A stretch of 64,000 nucleotides of DNA, from the NCBI GenBank assembly GCA_963848295.1, contig CAWKDB010000010.1, positions 4,830,800-4,894,799 of the forward strand, in the 5' to 3' direction. The notes beneath the pieces were generated by a model. It saw only the letters and a list, made by a program, of their open reading frames with translations. It was not told the DNA's origin and searched no databases. The stretch's first letter is position 1. Each line of letters opens with the position of its first letter. Made by a program: the position numbers and the translations under genes. Origin of the DNA: an uncultured delta proteobacterium. Lineage in GTDB: Bacteria > Myxococcota_A > Polyangia > Haliangiales > Haliangiaceae. Below, in pieces: positions 59,039-64,000 of this stretch.

Positions 59039-59320
59039 ATGGATAAGCAAATTCTTGAGCTACTCACAGAAATGAATCAAGAATTAAAGAACTTGAAATT
59101 AGATATGAATAAAGAATTAAAGAGCGTAAAATCAGAAATGAATGAGTTCAAATCAGAAATGCATAATCGTTTTGATAAAGTGGAAGTAAAACTTGAAGGA
59201 ATTGGTGGTCAAATTGAACTGACAAACGAATCAAGAATGGATGATTTTGATTTTATCGCTGATAAAGTAAATAAATTAGAGAAAGAAATATATATTCTAA
59301 AAAGCAAGAATCACAACTAG
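59039..59320 (+). CDS. Coiled-coil hypothetical protein
   Basis: GGGGTG RBS; heptad pattern. Confidence 0.75.
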   Translation: MDKQILELLTEMNQELKNLKLDMNKELKSVKSEMNEFKSEMHNRFDKVEVKLEGIGGQIELTNESRMDDFDFIADKVNKLEKEIYILKSKNHN

Positions 59321-59712
59321 ATATGATCCAATTTTGTACCAGTACAAATTATTTTGATATAACAAGAATGTCGTATTTTAATAAATTTTTCTTTTTCTAT
59401 CATTATCATGGTTCATATGTCAAAGTGTTCTCCTAACAGCTTTCCACATGTCCTCCTTTATACACCCTGTTTCCAAAAGCGATTTTCCTCTTCTTAGTTA
59501 AAGGTGTTGTAGGCTTTCATCAAGTTTCTATGCCTGATATCAACCTATATCTCTAACAATACTCAAAGGCTTTATAAAAATTGTATTTTTCATTTAGCGA
59601 ATAGTCCCTGTGAATGTTTGCTAGCTTTTTTCAGCGGTATGGGACATGGACTAGCCTTCTGTCTCGTGAGAATCGCAATAAACTAGTTAAACAAAATAAT
59701 TAAAGGAGGAAA

Positions 59713-60005
59713 ATGAGGTGTTAAAAAAATTAGGATTAGCAATCATGGTGTTGTTTTTGCGTTCATATCTTTACAATCTACTTCTTATGCAGAAGAGGGT
59801 AAGGATGGGAAATCTGTAAACCTTCGTGTCATGAGCTAGAATATCCATTACGAGCATAATATGAACAATCAATATGACTTAGAATCCGTAGCTACTGTTA
59901 TTCGTGATTCGAAGACAGATATTATTGGTTTGCAAGAAGTCGATGTGCATTGGGGAACTCGAAGTAATTTTAAGAACAAAATCAAAATACTAGCCCTAAA
60001 ATAAT
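59713..60005 (+). pseudogene. Endonuclease/exonuclease/phosphatase (EEP) family remnant
   Basis: AAAGGAGG RBS, signal peptide, then LRVMS*NIH...DIIGLQEVDVHWGTRS with an in-frame TAG and truncation. Confidence 0.7.
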
Positions 60006-60056
60006 AAAAACTCCAATAAAAAGAATGATACGCATTTATGAAAGACTCATAAAAAA

Positions 60057-60086
60057 GCATGGCAATTTCTAAAAGAATTGCCATGC
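60057..60086. terminator. Hairpin / terminator
   Basis: GCATGGCAATT...AATTGCCATGC preceded by an A-run. Confidence 0.6.
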
Positions 60087-60124
60087 AAATTTGTTTGATA
60101 ATAATGGGTATTTTTAGTAATGAC

Positions 60125-60166
60125 CAAAAGGGGAGGTACTTACGTTTGGTACCGTCCCCTTTTTTG
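60125..60166. terminator. Intrinsic terminator of the choice-of-anchor I gene
   Basis: AAAAGGGGAGGTAC...GTACCGTCCCCTTTTTT next to the stop codon. Confidence 0.65.
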
Positions 60167-60167
60167 A

Positions 60168-62440
60168 TTAACGAATTTCAAAGATATTTACATTTCCTGA
60201 TACTTCATTTGCAACAATCAGAAGTGGCTGTCTAGTAGGGCTGTCTTTAGCCTCAACGACATTCAGACCTTCTGGTGCAAGGGAACCGCTTGTTGACACG
60301 CTCTTCCCAGTGAAATCTCGTAAATTAATATAATCGTAGAATGTTACATTCTCTACATCTGTCACATCATACATCATGATGCCACCGATTCTTTCAAGTC
60401 CTATGAAAGCATAAGTTTTTCCTTTTATTTTCATGACTTTAATATCTTCTGGTTCTGGCCCTTTTTTGCCACTTCTCGAATCTAGTTCAGATTTATTATT
60501 AGAAGAGTTAAATACGGTCGGATAAAGTTCGGCAGTTAATTTTTCAAAATCACTTCCACTGTCATATACCTGATTCATTGTATCTGCATCCCAGATGGAA
60601 AAAGAACGGCCTCCATAAATATAGGTTTTATCTGTTTGAAGACCTTCTCTCTCAGCATTTAAGAGGGTATCGATTTTATACTTAGTTCCAGGAAATGTAT
60701 AGGAACCTGTATCTTCATATTTATAAGGCTTGGATCCCCATTCCCTAGCATCGCCTTCATTGGCAGTAAAAATATATTGCTTACCTTTTAGTTTTATTGT
60801 GGCAATCCCATCCGGCATATAAATGCCATAAAGATTCTGCGGTGTCATTTCAATTTGGCTGTCTTTTAATGCATCCAAAGCATTTTCAGAAAGATTATGA
60901 TCTTTAAAACCGAGTCCCTTAACACTTACAAAGGTTTTTGTTTTCAAATCAAGAGTCGCTATTGCATTTGCTTCTTGCAGTGAAACATACGCATACTTAC
61001 TGTTGTCTGATACTGTAATATATTCTGGTTCCAAATCTACAGATGGTGCAGTATTTGGTTTTAATAATACCTTCCCCGCAACAAGTGCTGTTCTTGCTTT
61101 TTCATCATCAAACTTAGTAAATCCAATGGTATCAACTGCTGCTCGATTCACACCCTTTTGTAAATCAACGATCGTTACAGTACCTTTTGGGTCAATGGCT
61201 CCAGGTGCTGTATAGCCTTCACGTGGTTCACCTTCATTTGCTGACAGAATATATTTAAAGTCAGGTGTAAAAGTAACCATATCTGGCTGATTGCCTGCTT
61301 CAAAATGCTTCATGTAGTTCCCAGCATAATCAAGAATGACGATATAGCCGTTATCTTTATAAGTAGCACCTTGTACAGCGATCGCAATGATATTATCCTT
61401 TGGATTTACATCAACACTTGTAATATCACCACTGAAAAACCCGTTAGCAGCTGCCATTGCAGAAATATCAATGCGCTTTTCAATCAAAAGGTCTGTTTTA
61501 TCTGTTGAAACCATCTTTGAGATATCAACAATATCGACTGATTGTGCTGCACCATTTACGATATACATTTTTTTATTATCTTTATTGTATTTAACAATTT
61601 CGGCAATCCCGCCATCGCTGTCACTCATGCCAGTACGATAGTTTGCAATGTAATGTAATTTCCCATTCATGCTATTTTCATTTAACGCTGGAAACGTGGG
61701 AGTAGTTGGAGGTGTTACATTTACATCTCCATCATCCGTGCTTGTCCATTCACCATCTGCCAAAGATCGTGGATAATAAGCTTTAATAAATGCTTCATTT
61801 ACTATAGGATCATTCCAAGTTAAAAGAGAGAAATCAGCCAAATTGTTATTTGTATCAACAAAATTTACTCTTCTGAGCGATTTTTGTTTAGAGATTCCAG
61901 TTGCTGGTGAATCCCTTCACTGATGTTGGTAAAATTTGTTACTCTGTTTGATATTGCGTCAACTTGCTTTCCTTCTTTGTTAAAAAGCTTTAATTCGATC
62001 GTCTTATCATTGTCAATCGTTCTAGTTGACCAATCAAGGTCACTTTTTACGAGCGAATATTTAATATAGGCCGCAGATGTTGTTTCTGAAGCCGCTCTAA
62101 TTAAAAATGAATGTTTTGCGGGTATGGAGCCTGTAAGATTCAAGGTATCTACTTGAAGATTTCCAGATACGTCGATTGTAGATCCGAGGTGCTTGTTTTC
62201 TCTGTTGGAAGAGTAGGAAAGTGTGTAACCAGTTAGATCAATCGTGCTGTCTGTTGGGTTATAAAGCTCAATGAAGCTGTGTGTAAACGGCGTATCACTT
62301 TTTCCGCCACCGCCATAGATTTGGTTGATGATTAAGTGATTTCCTGACTGCGTCTCTGCCATAACACTTAATGGAAGAGTAGCCAATAATAAAGAAGCTG
62401 TAATAATCAGGTTGAGGATTAACCGTGATTTTGACATCAT
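60168..62440 (-). CDS. Lamin-tail domain + choice-of-anchor I (alkaline phosphatase-like beta-propeller) protein, one frameshift near 61900
   Basis: Signal peptide, IINQIYGGGG...FIELYNP; ANEGEP, TANEGD, GGRSFSIW, DSRSGKKGPEPE, ANEVSG. Confidence 0.82.
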
Positions 62441-62856
62441 ATTTCCTCCTACATAAATTAGTTATTCTAAATGTTTTTTATTCAGAATTTATTAATTATG
62501 ACATAAAAATATTAGGTGAAATATAAGGAATTGTAAAAATTTAGCTACTTTTTTGTAAAAGGAAAGGGACAAATCGCGTTTCAAAATTTTCTTTTGAAAC
62601 ATGAGTATAGCCTCCATGTTTCAAGATATAATTCGACAATGGCTCGTTCGCAAAAACCTGTCGTTAGCAGATGCTTTTTCGTCATTTAATGGTGCCTAGA
62701 CCGTGCAGAAACTCCGTTTAAGATACAGTTTTTATCTTTTTTTGGGGGATGGGGGACAGGCACCTCGTTCCAGTTAATAACTTATGAGAAGAATTGTTGA
62801 CGAAAATTATATTGATAGTTATAAAATAATACTCGAACTTTTGAAGTCCGATTTTA

Positions 62857-63260
62857 ATGATTATAGAAAGAGCCGCGGTGCTGACCCATGTCCCAAACAG
62901 TCAAAAAATCCAAGAGGTACCTGAAAATTCAAGTATTCTTAGAATGTCACTTCGTTATGATGGAAAACTGCCAAATCGATGTGGCGCGGGTACTTGCGGC
63001 AATTGTGTATTTAAGCTAGAAGAGGGTGCGGAATTCATAGATAATGTAAAACCACAAGAAAAAAGAAATTAGGTGCAGAGTTACTTAAAAAAGGTTATCG
63101 ATTAGGCTGCCAAACTTTTGTAACAGATGGTGATATCAAAATTTCCTGGGATGAAGAAATTAGGAAACAGGTTGTTAAAAGAAAACTAGATAAATCCCAA
63201 AAAAGAAGTTACTTCAGCAAGATAACAAAATTAGTAGTGGCTAAGTTTAAAAGATTTTAA
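62857..63260 (+). CDS. 2Fe-2S ferredoxin, frameshifted near 63065
   Basis: CGAGTCGNC, then RLGCQ in the shifted frame. Confidence 0.75.
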
Positions 63261-63330
63261 TTTAGTAAATAGAAGGAAACTTTAAGGTTTAATTGGTTTA
63301 AAATTTATCTAATAAATAGGGGATAAGATC

Positions 63331-63489
63331 ATGTGGGTAATCACTGTCTATTCAAAAGACAATAGGACAATGTTTGAATTTGATATTGAAAAAGAGGCAA
63401 GAGAAGCTTTTGAGAATATTCCTGACTACAAAATTTTAACTGAGATTATTTATCTCCATAAAGTGGTTCATGAAACTGTAACGTCTTGA
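63331..63489 (+). CDS. Small hypothetical protein (52 aa)
   Basis: AGGGG RBS; MWVITVYSKDNRTMFEFDIEKEAREAFENI... Confidence 0.65.
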   Translation: MWVITVYSKDNRTMFEFDIEKEAREAFENIPDYKILTEIIYLHKVVHETVTS

Positions 63490-63582
63490 AATCATTTTAA
63501 AAACTAGGCTCTGTTAAAATTAAATGTTGATAATTAGGCAGACTTAAAGGAAACCCTATTTTTATGGGATTTCCCCATTATC

Positions 63583-64000
63583 TCAATTAGTTAGCCTTTG
63601 ATAGTGAAGATTTAGATCTTGTAGTGCAATACTTAAATCAACAGAGGCATCAATGGCAATATATAATGCAATAATACTTGCTAAAACAATTACAATTGCA
63701 CCATCTTTAAGTGTTTTTCTGTTCTTCTTATAAAGGAGGAACGAGAATGACTGCAACAATTAAAAAGTATGATAACGATATGATTAGTTTTGAAAGTATT
63801 AATTGACTATCGTTTACAGCCATCATAAAATTTTGTAATTCATCTTTATTGTCGATACTTTCTTCGATAGTAGTTATATCTCCTTTGTAACTAACCTTCC
63901 AAGAGAATGAAATTTTCGTCTTTAGTTACGGTGTACTCATAGTCCATAGCTTTACCATCACCAATAATTTCTGAATATTCTTGTGTATCCTCTTCGCTTT
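63583..64000 (-). CDS. Membrane protein, C-terminal part (frameshifted)
   Basis: ...FSWKVSYKG...LIISLSYFLIVAVIL.../...IVIVLASIIALYIAID...RLTN*. Confidence 0.55.

Noticed and set aside
63506..63648. Second MITE (GGCTCTGTT ... AACAGAGGC)
   Set aside because: The right-hand match lies inside the coding sequence of the minus-strand membrane gene and there is no TSD; at most one orphan end.
55460..64000. Horizontally acquired low-GC island
   Set aside because: No mobility genes or att sites, the junction bisects a gene, and the content is ordinary Bacillus chromosome.

Overview
The window joins two unrelated sequences. Bases 1 to ~55,460 are very GC-rich and look myxobacterial (Haliangium/Kofleriaceae-like): many lipoproteins, a Ser/Thr kinase, a giant TPR protein, a BMC vertex/aldolase satellite locus, argC-argJ::argB-argR and a chemosensory cluster. 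Bases ~55,460-64,000 are AT-rich and Bacillaceae-like, and start in the middle of a TetR gene, so the join is most likely a concatenation or chimera. Both parts carry single-base frameshifts typical of long-read error. The most unusual structure is at 23,233-25,195. Two divergent, ~61% identical four-helix-bundle (IVP/Avd-like) genes are each preceded by a homologous ~200-nt hairpin leader that shows compensatory base changes. The two units sit between three (NCCGNN)n hexamer microsatellite arrays, and no transposase, integrase or RT gene is present in the window. Other observations: a DUF2126 amidoligase plus GATase-II::transglutaminase operon, an ArgJ-ArgB fusion, three sigma28-like promoters in the che cluster, an encapsulation peptide on the BMC aldolase, and in the Bacillus part a MITE with an 8-bp TSD and PhoP-like boxes. 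All identities and alignments were counted by hand; no database searches were run.
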